This document shows positions 1 to 23,188 of a DNA stretch of 64,000 bases, one piece after another. The DNA is from Chrysomallon squamiferum. Lineage: Eukaryota > Animalia > Mollusca. A model generated the notes under the pieces. That model was not told the origin of the DNA, did not search any database, and saw only the letters and a program-made list of their open reading frames with translations. The first letter of the stretch is position 1, and each line of letters opens with the position of its first letter. The DNA lies in assembly GCA_012295275.1 (NCBI GenBank), contig CM022672.1, forward strand, positions 10,044,001 through 10,108,000, given 5' to 3'. The translations under genes were made by a program, and so were the position numbers.

Positions 1-366
1 AATAATTATATCTTAATTTGTTTTGTAATATTGTTTAGATTGAAAAGTTAACAGAAATTTATTTTTGTTTTGTTGTGCATTTTTACCTTTATTTCTTTGT
101 AAATAGATTCATATTGGAGAAAATCACAAACTATTTTTATTTATTTTTAAAATTTTAAATGTCTTGTATTATTAAATAAAATAAATCAATTAATGTTATA
201 GATTCTTCAAAAACTCTCATGCTTGATTTTTTCAAAAAAACACAGACACACACACACACACACATACATACATACACTGAGTTGTATGAATTATTATCAT
301 AAACAGGCATATCCACAGTTTATCTTGACAAATCCATCATAAATACTCTAACCAATGAAATTACAG

Positions 367-9786
<9,420 letters not shown>

Positions 9787-9882
9787 TATTCTGTACATAA
9801 AAGAAATCTTTTTTTTTCTTTTCTTTTTCTTTCTTTTTCTTTTTAAAACATAAAAAATACAAAATGAATTTTTATTTGTTTT

Positions 9883-9888
9883 AATAAA
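9883..9888 (+). promoter_or_regulatory. candidate WDR6 polyadenylation signal
   Basis: AATAAA about 100 nt after the stop codon, followed by T-rich sequence. Confidence 0.45.
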
Positions 9889-9965
9889 ATATGAAATATT
9901 TTCTTAGTTTTATGTCTTTTTAATAATTTTTGAAATTTTATTACTTCATCAACAACAACAACAGC

Positions 9966-10011
<46 letters not shown>

Positions 10012-10149
10012 TCTAGATAAATAGAAGATAGAAAGACAGATATACAGACAGATAATTACATTTACTAGCAGGATGAAGAGAGATTCTGGTGAGAATTTAG
10101 AAGAAAACACAGACATGACAAGTAATCCTAAATCTTAGTTCCACTCCAC

Positions 10150-11250
10150 AGTACATGATATGACGAAGAAAATTAACAACTGTATTTTACGTTTGTTTAT
10201 TATATGACTCTTGAGAGTGGCAATCCTCCTACTTACGTTTAAGTGATAACTTTATTTAGAATGCAACACAATACTGTGCAAGAAACCAGAACATAAGTTA
10301 CTTTTTATTATTATTATTATTTATTTTATATATATAGATAGAGATATATTAATGTGTATTATTTAATTTGTTACACTAGATTTCTTTTACCATCAATGTC
10401 AATGTTTATAATATGTATGTTGTTTTTCACACGGCATTTTGAAACTGGTCGTCCTCCTATTTTGTTTCATTTATAACGAATTCTGTACGATACAGTGTAC
10501 TTTAGTTGTTAATATACTTTCATACTAAAAACTAGGATTCATTTACATTTTATTACACCGTAAAATTTAATTTACTTCACTGGACTGTCATTACAGTTGT
10601 ATCCACCAACATATAAGTAGCACATTAAAATACGAAGTAATTACATCGGTATTATAACGTCGTGTAGAGCGGCAGTCCTCCTGTTGTTATTAAATGGTAA
10701 TGTTAATGAATATGCTACATTATACTGTGCGAGAAACCAGGAACGAAGTTACATTTTACTAAACTGAAATACAGTGTACAGAGGTACTTGTCTTGTAGGG
10801 ACACCAATGGGGCAGAGTGTAAGTGTGTTTATAATGTTGCGTTTGAAACTGAAAATAAATCTCCGATTTGTGCCAGCCGCACCATCTTTTCGACCTCAAA
10901 ATTCCGCCACATCGCGGTATTTGTAAAATATAAATATGCTTGGAATGATGTTGAATGATTGAATTATCAAAATTACGTACCAAATGGGTTCAACTAGCAC
11001 GTTTTGGCGGGCAAGCGTTTCGCAAACTCAGTTGATAGAGGTCACTCATCTCGGGGACCACTGTATTAAATTTGCTACATAGAAGCAACTTTGGATCTTT
11101 TTGTTTCTCTCTCCATCAGTATAAATGTAATGTACATTATGATTCAGTTAACGAAATGAATACAACAGTTTTAGAACGTTATTCATTATTTGTGAGTGGC
11201 AATCTCCTATGGTATCTAATGGTAACTATTTTATATACTACGATACTATT
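10150..11250. repeat. diverged ~230 bp tandem repeat (about 4 units) interrupted by a MITE
   Basis: gagtggcaatcctcct-like anchors at ~10215, 10445, 10667 and 11194; atactgtgc.agaaaccag..aagttac shared by two units. Confidence 0.55.
10779..11063. mobile_element. Tc1/pogo-type MITE
   Basis: TA flanks; imperfect TIRs cagaggtacttg / cggggaccactg; the flanking repeat unit resumes after it. Confidence 0.4.
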
Positions 11251-11776
11251 TTTTTCTTCTTTATTTTTTCTTTTAATTTTCTTTTGTTGTTTATTTATTT
11301 ATTTATTTATTTATTATTTTTAATCCCCATGTTTTCTGTTTTATTTTTCTTTCTTTTTTCTTTTGATTATCTTTTGTTGTTTATTTATTTTCTTTGCTTT
11401 TCTTTTTATTTTAATCCCCATATTTTCTGCCAGTTTCAAGATCAGTAGCCTAAATATTGTCACTAAGAAGCTTATAATTATGAAAATGAATATATTTTAA
11501 TATTAAGGTTTTGTCTTAGCCTGCTAATAGTTTTGACACAACCAGCTCAACCATTATAAGTAGCTTAACTTATCACAGACATTTTTATTTTAATATCAAG
11601 GATTCAGATGATACCGAACAAAATTTAGAACTTCTATCATCATGACTTGAAATATTTACATTACTACCTACTACAAGTCATGTATTGTTCTGTAGTGATA
11701 AAATTTCATGATAGAAGCTGTCGGTAGTAGTAGTAGCAGCAACAGTAGTCGTGGCAGTAGTAGTGGTAGCAGTACA

Positions 11777-11808
<32 letters not shown>

Positions 11809-12189
11809 AAACAGTTCTGTAATATCTCCGGTCTGGAGTTTTTCCGATAAACTGTAAGGTAACGTAAAATAAATTCTGACACACTTCAATCGTAAATTTC
11901 CTTATTGAGGTGACACATCGACACTGAACATTGATGAAAATGGATTACGTGTTTTAATGGCATACTCTGTTTATGTACGAATGTATTTCGCTAACTACCC
12001 ACAGAAGCGACAAAATTTTGCTTCAACGATTTAATTTTCTCTTTTCGTATTAAATACGAACTCAAAACCAGCTCCAATTTTTGTACCTACTAGAAGCAAA
12101 AATTAAATGTAATTATTGCTCTATTGAGAGTGACACCAAGGAGTTTGTTTTGTTGTAAGGAAAAAATTATCTTTGAAAAATACATTATT

Positions 12190-12291
<102 letters not shown>

Positions 12292-12945
12292 TTTGATAAC
12301 ACTATTATTCTGTTTTTATATTAATGCGAATTCTAATCAGTTCATTTCTTCATAACTTGTCCCAGTGTAAGTTGTAATACACTGCTCTAATAAAACAAGT
12401 CAAGAACCTGTTCACAGAAAGCAGCAGTTTTGTTCAGTGACCTGTGGACTGTTTGTCAAACACTGTAACAAGTTTAGCGAATCGATAGATTAATGAAACA
12501 GCCTAGAATGTTTACTCTACATATCATTAAATCTGATTATTTCCTTTCCTGCATGGTTTTTAATCTCGTAATGTCTAGTACAAAGATGACATTATGTCGG
12601 GGAAGCCAGTTTATGAAGTTCTGACATGATGTAGTATGACACAAAAGTAAAATAAAGCGAGGATTCAGGTATCGAGGAATTATTACTGTTCACCTGATTT
12701 TGTGCAACCCAGTGTGATATATTACTGTTGTAATAAATTTAATAATATTTTAAATTAAGTGCATTTGAGACGACCAAACTTTTACGAACGTCAGTAAACA
12801 GCACTTCAAAGTTGTAATAAACTTCAGATACTCGAGTGCTAAAAGAAGTAGGTGAAAACTTTAAAGTTAATAAGATTTCTTCTGAGGGGATGATGTAAAC
12901 AAGAAAAAAAACAATTTTTAATACAAGATTTTAAGATCAAAATAC

Positions 12946-13049
<104 letters not shown>

Positions 13050-13616
13050 TATATATTTATATATATAAATATATAAATTTGTTTCAAGATTGAATACATA
13101 ACATCAATAAACGTTTTCAAATCCACACCATTTTTTTTTTTTCTAACTGATCTTCAAAGTAAAAAAAACAAAACCAATTAAATTTAAAAAAAAAAAAAAA
13201 ATCTTTTCAGTGGATTACAATGTTGCTAATGAAATTACACGAGAGAGAGAGTAGAGTGGATTCGTGGTGTACAAACATCATTAACTTATTTATTTCTTCT
13301 CTCTATATTTTATTATCATTTTATTTAATTTTTTTATTATCATTTTTATCACTTTTGCGTGGGTTTTTTTTTTTTATTTTTTTTTTTTTTTTTTTTTTTG
13401 TTTTTTTATTGTTTTTTTAAATTATGGAATGTCATTTCCCAGTTATTCTCGATTATACTTCCGTAAAATATAATTATTTTGTACACGTGACTTAACTGAG
13501 AATATATTTTTTTATCCACCATTTTTGTTTTTTACATTATTCATTCATATGCATTAACATTGTCAACAACAACGACAGCAGCAACAATAACAACGGCAGT
13601 ATTAATAATAACTATC

Positions 13617-14620
13617 AGAGAGAGAGAGAGAGAGATGGATTTGTGGTTCCCTACCAAACGACCTCTATAATTGTACGAGTTTCTACAAGTCTTATTTTTA
13701 AATCTTAAAAGACATGAAAATGGCAAACGAAGCTCTGAAATGGGAGCACAATAGATGTTATTAATGTAACTTTCAGAAATAAATCGAGAGCTTTTTTAAA
13801 GTGTTCTTAAAATCTGTTTGTATTTGTTTGAACTGGCTTTATTAAAAAGAAAACCAGAAGAGACCACAAAAAAAAAAAAAAAAAAAAAAAAAAAAGAAAA
13901 AAAAATCATTATTAAAGTATTCTTAGCTTTTTGTCTGGTTCCACGAACATCGGCTATTAACAACATGAAACCTGGGCGATTGCAAAGTGTTCTTAGGCTT
14001 TTTTCTATTTTTCCTTGATTTTCAAGAAACAAGAAGAAAGAAAGAAGAAGAAGAAAAGGAGAAAATAACTATGAGTCGGTCGCATTTAATTCTTAAAGTA
14101 TTCATAGACACTCTATATGTATCTGAATTGTGTTTAATATAAATAGCTACTAGACTGAAGTGAAAATCTTTCTGGCAGCTTTCTAAGGATTTTTTTTTCT
14201 TCTTTTTTTATCTGTTATATGGCCTTGAACAATCTTTACGTGTTATTACAGACATCTCAAATTTAATCATTTGAAACTCTAATGATAGAACAAACAAACA
14301 AAATTACCTTCTGCAAGATTGACTATAAATACTGAAATTACCTTCATGAAGAAAACCATTTCAACAAGACGAGGCTCTGAATGTACGATAATTTGTGCAA
14401 AACGACAGATGTAATATTAAAACTGCAATTTAATTTTGTTTTGAAAGCAACCAGTGTACGTCAGACTCTCTGTGTATTTATATAAAAAATTTCCTTTCAC
14501 AAAATAACTTACCATCATTATATTCTAGCTTAAGTGTGTTATATGTATGTATGTATGTATGTATGTGTGTATGTATGTATGTGTGTATGTATGCATGCAT
14601 GCATAAATGTGTATGTATGT
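13617..14620 (+). repeat. left arm of long diverged inverted repeat (pairs with 18140-18960)
   Basis: Colinear reverse-complement matches, e.g. tttgtctggttccacgaacatcggctatta (13931) vs taatagccgatgttcgtggaaccagacaaa (18640); ccaaacgacctcta vs tagaggtcgtttgg; ggctctgaatgtacga vs tcgtacattcagagcc. Confidence 0.85.
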
Positions 14621-14651
14621 ATTCAATGTTTCGAAATTAGGAGAAAATTAC

Positions 14652-16007
14652 CTAGAGAAAACTTATTAGATTTTGTTATTCTGGCGCCGAAATTGTCACT
14701 TAAAAGCGGCTAGTCATGATTACATTAGTGCATATTCATTAGAAATTGTTCGGTTTCTGATTTAATAGCCATTAACGTAGATGATGAAGAGAAAATAATT
14801 TGTGGTAATTATCACTGATAACCATCTTCATAACTAGCAAAGATATAGCCAAAACTACGTTTTATGTAATAGTTATTTCAGATGCTGAACATGAGCAATG
14901 AATGTCTGGTATTTTAATAACTATATATAAACGTATTTAAATAAATAATGACAGGAATAATTGTATAAGAATATAATATAAAACATTTGTATTGTTAATT
15001 GTTCCAAATAAAAGCAAAAGATTTTACATGCATATAATACCTCGGACATTTATACAAGCATTAATCGGACTGATTACAATGTACAATGATGTAATTATCA
15101 AGTGCATGTGTTCCGCTTGATTTACCAATTTGCCTTATGTCAAGATAGCGCTGCGCATTCTTACACCATTTTGGGTGTTTTACTACAAATCTTCACAGAA
15201 ACCATCGCATACTGGTCTCCTTGATTCCTTAATTTTTGATCTGGAATTGTAAATATTAAAGTAATCAAGTAACATACCTCATCAGTTAAATTTAGCCCAT
15301 GAAGTATACTGTCAACAATAAAGTAGACAACGGAGAAAAGTGTTGAATACTAATAAGCAGGTTTGTCAAAGGGAAAGTAAATGTCAGCCAGTGCAACACT
15401 GGAATAAGCCAAGATTGAGAATAATAATATACCAATAAATCAAGTTTTTTTCTGTTGAAAGTCCAAATTCAACTGTCTCTGAAAATCTCAAAACGCATTG
15501 ATATATTAGTTTAAATAATGAATAAAAAAACAAATCAGAAAATATCTATATTTTAGCAAAATTCATAAAAATATTTTCCTCTGATCCACATTGCAATAGC
15601 ACACTTTGCAAATATTCAACCAAGACATTGCAAAACAAATCATAATAGATCATCCACAAACAAATCAACAGATGCAACCATGTTAACTCACTGAGAAGCG
15701 GTTCAGTGAATGTGGTCAAAGAGATCAAAGGGGTCTGATTAAATCCTAAAATCGTATTATTAAATAAAGCATGTCCAAGCCCTGTTCAGAGAAAGTGTTA
15801 AAAAAAAACCATGGACTAGTAAATTGCATTTAAAACCTATCAGTAAGCCCAGCATGACAGTGTGCAAGAAGTTACTTGATAGGTTCGAATTATATGGCAG
15901 CCCAGAGATTTAAATTGCCTCGTGGTATTGCGAAGAATGAACCGAGCCTTTTCCGTAAGTGCTAATTTGTCTTGCGCGATCTCGAGTCTGTGGCTCGTTT
16001 TACCCAT
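14652..16007 (-). pseudogene. possible decayed multi-exon gene remnant of unknown family
   Basis: ATG exon 16007-15876 (44 open codons, |gtaact), then AG/GT-bounded segments 15745-15692, 15478-15278, 15240-15041 and 14905-14652 separated by AT-rich gaps; 12 in-frame stops; one gap is only 37 nt; no homology established. Confidence 0.35.
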
Positions 16008-16837
16008 CTTAAAATAGTGCAGATCGGCAAACCTTACGGAACAGATGTACTAAGTGAAAGAAAAAGAAATATTCACAGTTAAAAGAAGAATCAGTCAAGA
16101 TTTTTTTGATTTTTTACACCGACTGTTAACAACTCGTGTGTATACACGTACATAAATGAAAGTTTACTGTTTTTCAATGTTGAACCGAGAAAAGAAAATT
16201 AAAATAAAGGCAAAGTATTTTGTGTATTTATTATTATTATTTTGTTATTTTTATTTTGTTTTATTTTGTTTATTTAATTTTATTTAAATATTTGTTAATT
16301 ATTATTATTATTATATTATTATTGTTATTATTATTATTTATTTTTTAATTTTATTTTTAATTTAATTTTTTTTTTTAATTCATTGCATTACTATTTATTT
16401 GATTATCATCACCGCCATTATTTCATGATCATTCATTCTTTTTTATGACAATTTAATTTTTTTTTTATTTTTTTTTACCGGGAGTATACAATTGAGGCTT
16501 CATTGAAGAAACAATTTACTGCATAATCTAACAGAAAGAAGAGCAAACTTACAGAATGTTCTTGTAAAGTCGTGAAAAGTACACGGGTAAATCAGATATA
16601 CAGCGTCAGAGAAGTTTACTTGTAACTCGATAAACGGTTTCTTGGCCACGTATTTACGTGAACAAGAATATCCTGTATTAATCCCAGACGTCTAATGTAC
16701 CTTATTAAACTATTAGTAAATTTACCTGTTCAGTCTTCCTGTCTGATTCCCTTTTCTCTCTTTCTCTCACTTCCTTTCTTTCTCATTGTTTCCTCGTAAA
16801 ACACAAACACATACACTTACTTTTCTCTGTATCTCTT

Positions 16838-16968
<131 letters not shown>

Positions 16969-16982
16969 GCTGTATCCCTGTA

Positions 16983-17177
16983 TCCCTGGGTTACACATTT
17001 GTGTGCATGCATGTGTCTTGAATGAGAGACAAAATATATGTGGGTGTATGAGACATACAGAAGGAGAGACAGACCGTGCGTCTCTCCTTCTGTCTGTCTC
17101 ATACACCCACACATACTTTCTCTCTCATTCAAGACACATGCACGGACACAAATGCGAATCCACTCACAGACCAGGGA
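16983..17177. repeat. long hairpin / palindromic element
   Basis: Arms 16996-17070 and 17080-17154 are near-perfect reverse complements around a 9-nt loop; outer tccctgg/ccaggga. Confidence 0.9.
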
Positions 17178-17544
17178 CGCAACAAAATGAAGCTCATTAT
17201 TTCAGAATCCAGCATCGTGTTGCTAAAGAAAAACTCGCCTATTAGTAACACAACTAATTAATTTATCTCTTGCATTACTTGATTTCTTCCAGCGAATGGG
17301 TCACAGAGAATGTGATTATCTAAGTGGTGATATTTTCGTGTGTTAAACAAATAGCTGGTAATTAAAGATAAAGTCTATTGCAGATCACGAAAGATGCCCA
17401 TGTAAAAGTACACGGAAATCTGCACCGTTATCAGAAACACAAATGTCTTTAAAACGACTGTAAACTGAATAAAAGTACATGCTGATGATTATGTTGATGG
17501 TGATGATGATGATGATAATGATAATGATATATATGTATATTTGA

Positions 17545-17868
17545 GCACACATATACAAACATACATACATACATGAATGCATACATGCATACATACATTC
17601 ATATATACATTCATGCATACATACATTCATACATACATACATTCATACTTACATTCATACATACATAACACACATAGACATGCATACATACACATACACA
17701 CATACATACATACACTCATACGCTCATACATACATACGTACAACTACACATACCTACACACACTCATACATACATAGATACATACACTAATATATAGATA
17801 CATATATACATACATACATACATCAATACCTACCTACCTACCTACCTACATACATACATACATACATA
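17545..17868. repeat. degenerate (CATA)n microsatellite
   Basis: Simple repeat. Confidence 0.9.
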
Positions 17869-17930
17869 AGTTACTGTTACGTTAGATGATAATGATGAAA
17901 AATTATTTTGTCAATGGAAAAAGTTAAAAG

Positions 17931-18153
17931 GGTTGTCTTGATGGCAGAATGGCAACGTCGTCAACTTTCGGAGTGCGGGCGAGTGGTTGCCATACGTTCG
18001 AGTCTCGCCAGCGGCATCTGACAGGGTTGTGAAGTGGTGTTTGGACTTTGTCCTCCTGTGCTGGTGCGTTCCCGAATATTGTTTATGTGCAGAGACTAAT
18101 CAGATGTATATATGATAGAGAATATTAAAAATCGTAAAAACTACATACATACA
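17931..18153 (+). mobile_element. tRNA-derived SINE
   Basis: Pol III A box TGGCAGAATGG (17942-17952), B box GTTCGAGTC (17996-18004), (ACAT)n tail. Confidence 0.65.
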
Positions 18154-18960
18154 TGCAACACATAGTTAAGTTAGAAAATAATGATGAAAAAAAATTATAT
18201 CGCATTTTTAATACTTCATCTATCGTTTTTAACAAATAATCGTACATTCAGAGCCTTGCTTTGTTGAAATGATTGTGTCTTTATGAAGGTAATTTCAGTG
18301 CTTATAGACAGTCTTCTATAAGGTAATTTTGTTTGTTTTATAATCATGATTTCAAATGATTAAACTTGAGATGTCTAAAATATCACGTAAGTAAGGTTCA
18401 AGGACATACAACTGACTGAAAAGAAAAAAGTTCTTAGAAAGCTGCCAGAAAGATTTTAATATGATGATAGTATCTGTTTGTAATAAGCACAATTCTGATA
18501 TGATAGAGTGTCTATAAAGAGCTTTCGACGTACAGTTATTTTTCTTCCTTTTTCTTTCCTCTTGTTTTTAATAAACGAAATTCAAGGAAATATACAAAAA
18601 GCCTAAGAACACTTTACAAACGCCCAGGTTTCCTGTTTTTAATAGCCGATGTTCGTGGAACCAGACAAAAACTTAAGAACATTTTAATAACGATTCTTTT
18701 TTGGTCCTTTCATGTTTTCTTTTTAATAAATCCAATTCAAACAAATACAAAAGATCTCGATTTATGTATGAAAGTTACATTAATAACATCGATTCTGTTG
18801 TCATTTCAAAACTTCGTATGCTGTTTTTGTACGTCATTTCAATTTTAAAGATAAGACTTGTAGAAAACTCATATAATAATAGAGGTCGTTTGGCAGTGGA
18901 AACAATTCCATCTCCCTGCGTGTTTCTGTCAGTCTCTCTCTCTCTCTCTCTCTCTCTCTT
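18140..18960 (-). repeat. right arm of long diverged inverted repeat
   Basis: Reverse complement of 13617-14620 with indels. Confidence 0.85.
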
Positions 18961-21497
18961 TACATTATTATATACGCATAAAGTATATAGCAAGTCTGAC
19001 TTTCGTCGTAAATAAATTATAAAATAAATTGATTGTCTTTCTGCAAATGCTTTTACATACTGGATGATGTAAATTTTCGTTGACGTAACTTTGATAATTA
19101 ATTTGTTTTGCGTAAAAGGTTTATTCGAAAATTAACGATAAAACGAAATGTGATTAAATTACGATTTATTTTTTATTTATTTTTTTAATATAAAATAAAG
19201 TCAACTAGAAAAAAACTGTCAAATACTTTGGGGAAAACAAAAGACCAGACAAACTGACATTTTCCCAAACTTGGAAAATTGAACGCTATCAAAAGACCAT
19301 CAACTACCATTAGTGTTACGGCAACGCGACGTTAGAATCATTCATCTAAGCAACAGATGTGTGGTCGATTGATTATTCCAGTGAAAAGAAGGTTTTATTA
19401 TATTACTCCGATCATCGTGGAATAATCGTAGTACACAAAATGGTGTTTTATTTAATTACAAGAGCTGCACGATTAAGCTGTGATATTCCTGATTAAACTA
19501 TTCATCTGTTACTTGCTGCACTATACAAACAGTGGCGTAACTAAAGTATGGCAAGTAAGGCATGTACCGACCACTTTCTGTTTGATGGGTTTATGTTTTT
19601 TTTTAGCTGATTTTGTGATAAAGTTAAATGAAAGATGGATGCCAAATGATTTGGACAGTGGCGCAGTTTCAGTGCTTACCTTAGGCGTTATTTTCCGTAC
19701 GTGCAAAGCACTGATTATGGCGGAGATGCGGTTTTTAAAAGTGCGTACGAATCTGATTTGTTTGTACTGATGGCTGGATATATGGATAGATGGATAGATA
19801 TATAAATGGTGGATAGAAACATAAATGAATGTATATGGATGTGTGTGGATGTCTGTTTATGTTTCGCAAAGCAATTAAAAATTAAAATAATAAGAAACTA
19901 TAATTTATTCAGTGATCAATTCAATTTTTTCATATTTCATTTTCAACACGTATTTATTTTTGCTGCAATTATCGACGGACATTTTTTTTAAATTTTAGGT
20001 TGTCTGCAATTCTTTCCGGATGCGATGTCTTTATCTTTTCTTTTCGTTTCTTTCTTCTTTTTTTTTTTCTTCTACTTCCTTTTTTTTTTTAAATTTTTAA
20101 ATTATTTTTTATTACAAGCGCTTTTGTTGACACCGGAAGCATTGGTACCACGATGGTGATTGGCCAAATAAGAAAAGGCTCTCCTAGTTCAACCAATCAG
20201 CGATCTCTTTACAGACGTGGTTCTCTTGTTTGCCCTAGTATAGTAAATCTCACACGTCAGTCTGTCGGCAACACGCTACACAAACAGCAGTAGATCACCA
20301 GACAGACGATGCAAACAAGACCGCAATCGTGACGTCTAAGCGTCAGGTGTTGACGACTCTGATTCAGAGTTATCTAAACCAGAAAAATCTGATTCTCCCA
20401 GCAAATAAACTGAATTAGACTGAACCTTTTATTTTGAGATGGAATAAACATGGATTATTTAATAACTTAATATTTAGTTGCTTTGCATTTCACATGATCA
20501 AAGCTTAGGTTTATTTAACTTTTTCCTCATCTCACCAAACTTAACTTTGTGTACCCCTTTCTGCTGGTAGTTATTTACACATCTTGCATAATGATCGACT
20601 GTTTGCGCCCTTTATTCCCACGTACTAGTACATTTAATCATAGTCTGTCCAGCGACCTTTCTGGCACATCCTGCACGTTTTTGGTTCACAGTTTTTTGGC
20701 CTCTTTTCTCGTGCTGGCAACTTTTCACCAGGGCTGATAACTTTAAACTAGACTAGGTTGCCCAGGTGTCTGATGATTTTTTGTGTATACGCGTGTGTGT
20801 GTGTGTGTGTGTTTGTGTGTGTATATATATAATTGTGTGTGTATATATCTGTTTCTCTGTCTGTCTATATATGGAATGCAAAACAATCACCAACAGATTA
20901 CTAATTAAAATATACTTATCATTCTTATATTAATATGTTTTTTATTAAATTAAAATGATGGAAATTTGTTCTGCTCTCTCATTTTACAAGTGCGATTGTC
21001 CTGAGTTTTTGTTCCTGCACAGAGCTGGTGGGAGCTGTTTGTCCTGCTGCGTTTCGCTGTGTGCGATATCGTTTACGGATAGAAATATTAATAATAATTA
21101 ATACAAAGCCATGCACTGAGAAAACAACACCGTTCTGTCCTTAGCGGCGCCAGGTTGTTAAGCTGTTTCCTTGCGTGGATTAGAAATAATTCAAGTGTTT
21201 GACATATGCATTTTTCAAAAACAATATTACCTTACATCGTGATAATGGTTCTGACAGAATTGTTTTTCCCAATTAGTAAACAAAACAAAAAATATGTGTA
21301 GTTGTCGTAACGGTTTGGAGTTTTTGTTTGTACTGATGGAAGTATAAATACGGATTGAAATGCTTGAGTGAATTTATTTTGTTTCTTTTTTATTTTATTT
21401 TATTTTATTTTTTTTTTTTTTTTTTTTATTACAATTTTTTTCTTATTATTATTATTATTATTTATTATTATTTATTTATTATTTTATTTTATTTATT

Positions 21498-21532
<35 letters not shown>

Positions 21533-22272
21533 TTATACTACATGTCATCTGCCCGGTTGGCCATGTCTGATGAATGGTGATGAACCAGGATGAATCTGTT
21601 GTGAAACTAATGCAGCTTAAACTTCAGAGCCCATAATGCAGAGGAGCTCGAGAAGCAGCTTGACTGAAAAATTTAATCAAAACCTGACATGTAGCTACAT
21701 TTAAAGTAAATATTACAGAACAAGCCATAGAAGAAGACAAACATGATTATCCAGACCTTGTTGCTGCTTGCTAAGGGCTCCCATAACAGTTCAAGCCCCC
21801 CAAAATAATAACATTGATGATGATGATGATGTTGATGATGGCAATACTTTTAAAATCTAATCACAGAAAAGGGTATCAAGTTTTGTTAAATATTCATTTA
21901 TTTATTCATCCTTTCCACGAAAGATAAACAAACAAGAATAATAAAAAACACGGACGCTACAAATGGTTGCAAACAGTGATTTTATTTATCATGCACATAC
22001 AGAATGTAAGTTCTTACCAGAAATAATTTACACAAATGGACTCGTTCTAGTAAGCGGTTTTAAAAAATTCTTTATTATAAATCTACAGAGAAACATTACA
22101 AATAACTAACGTTGGGTGATTTCTTAGAAAAATAGAAATAAGAAATGTTTATTATGTAATAAATAAATAAATAAATAAATAAATACATAAAAACTGAAAA
22201 GCATATTTTTGGTGATGTTATAAAATAGCCCAAGTATATTCTGTATACTTTCAAGTTCCTGAGTTTTAGAAT

Positions 22273-22365
<93 letters not shown>

Positions 22366-23188
22366 TGTTGTGTGTCCAATCTTAATTAAGAAGGAAGTAC
22401 AACCACAAAAAAGTACACCTGCTGCCATTTCTATATGACGGACCGATTTGCTGTAAACCAGGTTCCACCCGTGTTGTCAGAAAAACATACAGCTATTGGT
22501 CCACTGTATATGTGATGACGTCACGACTACAGTTGAGAAGGGGAAAATGGCGGCAGGGAATGTTTTGTAGCAGTATTGTTTAATGGTGTGCCATATTTTG
22601 TTACGACAAATGGCAGCTCACCCAAAAGAATAAAACATAATTTAAAAATACAGGTGTCCCTTGTTTAATGCTTTGCGCGATACTTGATTAATGCGGTGAT
22701 ATTAATCACAAGCCTACATGGATGTTCACAGTGAAAACAAAAAAAAGGAAAGAAAAATTGATTAACGCGCTTTTAAATTTCCCTCATGAAAGCAGACTCC
22801 AGCGAGAGTCACTGCATGAATAAAAATACCGAGTCGGATCGAGTGGGACCGAAACCGACTTAAAATGACCATGATTTCACATTTTTATTTGTTTTATCTC
22901 AAAGATACATCCATTTTACTAGCAAATCTAATGAGAGAAACAGAGTTCCATCCTTCACCATTTCAGCTGTTTCGTGATGTTAATGTTGGAAGCTGATCGT
23001 ATGCTGCAGATATGTAAAATGCGAACTTGGATCAATAAATATTTCAGTATATTATTTTAAATTCAGTTAAAAGAAGTTCAAAATTATTAAAATACGACTA
23101 ACACACCATCATCACTGATAAATTCAAAAATTAGTTTATTATAATTTCATATTTGTAAAGAGTATTGAGGTTAGTGAACTCTGAACTC

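Noticed and set aside
14652-15240. Superficial resemblance of the remnant translation to the DCAF17 N-terminus (KN..I..G..DNY..LY..P)
   Set aside because: A hand-scored ungapped alignment against a recalled sequence is far too weak to be significant; no family assigned
14652-15745. Stop-codon recoding (selenocysteine, alternative code or editing) to explain the in-frame stops
   Set aside because: All three stop types occur, no SECIS was identified, and the neighbouring genes use the standard code; decay or chance is simpler
17931-18020. tRNA gene
   Set aside because: A and B boxes are present but there is no clean cloverleaf, and it continues into a SINE-like body and tail
19530-19715. MITE starting CAGTGGCGTAACTA
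   Set aside because: The matching right terminus is too degenerate to support boundaries
20550-21790. Coding-like fragments with CxxC motifs (minus strand ~20600-20700) and an exon-like patch at 21550-21780
   Set aside because: Multiple stops, no recognisable family and no consistent splice structure; probably decayed repeat
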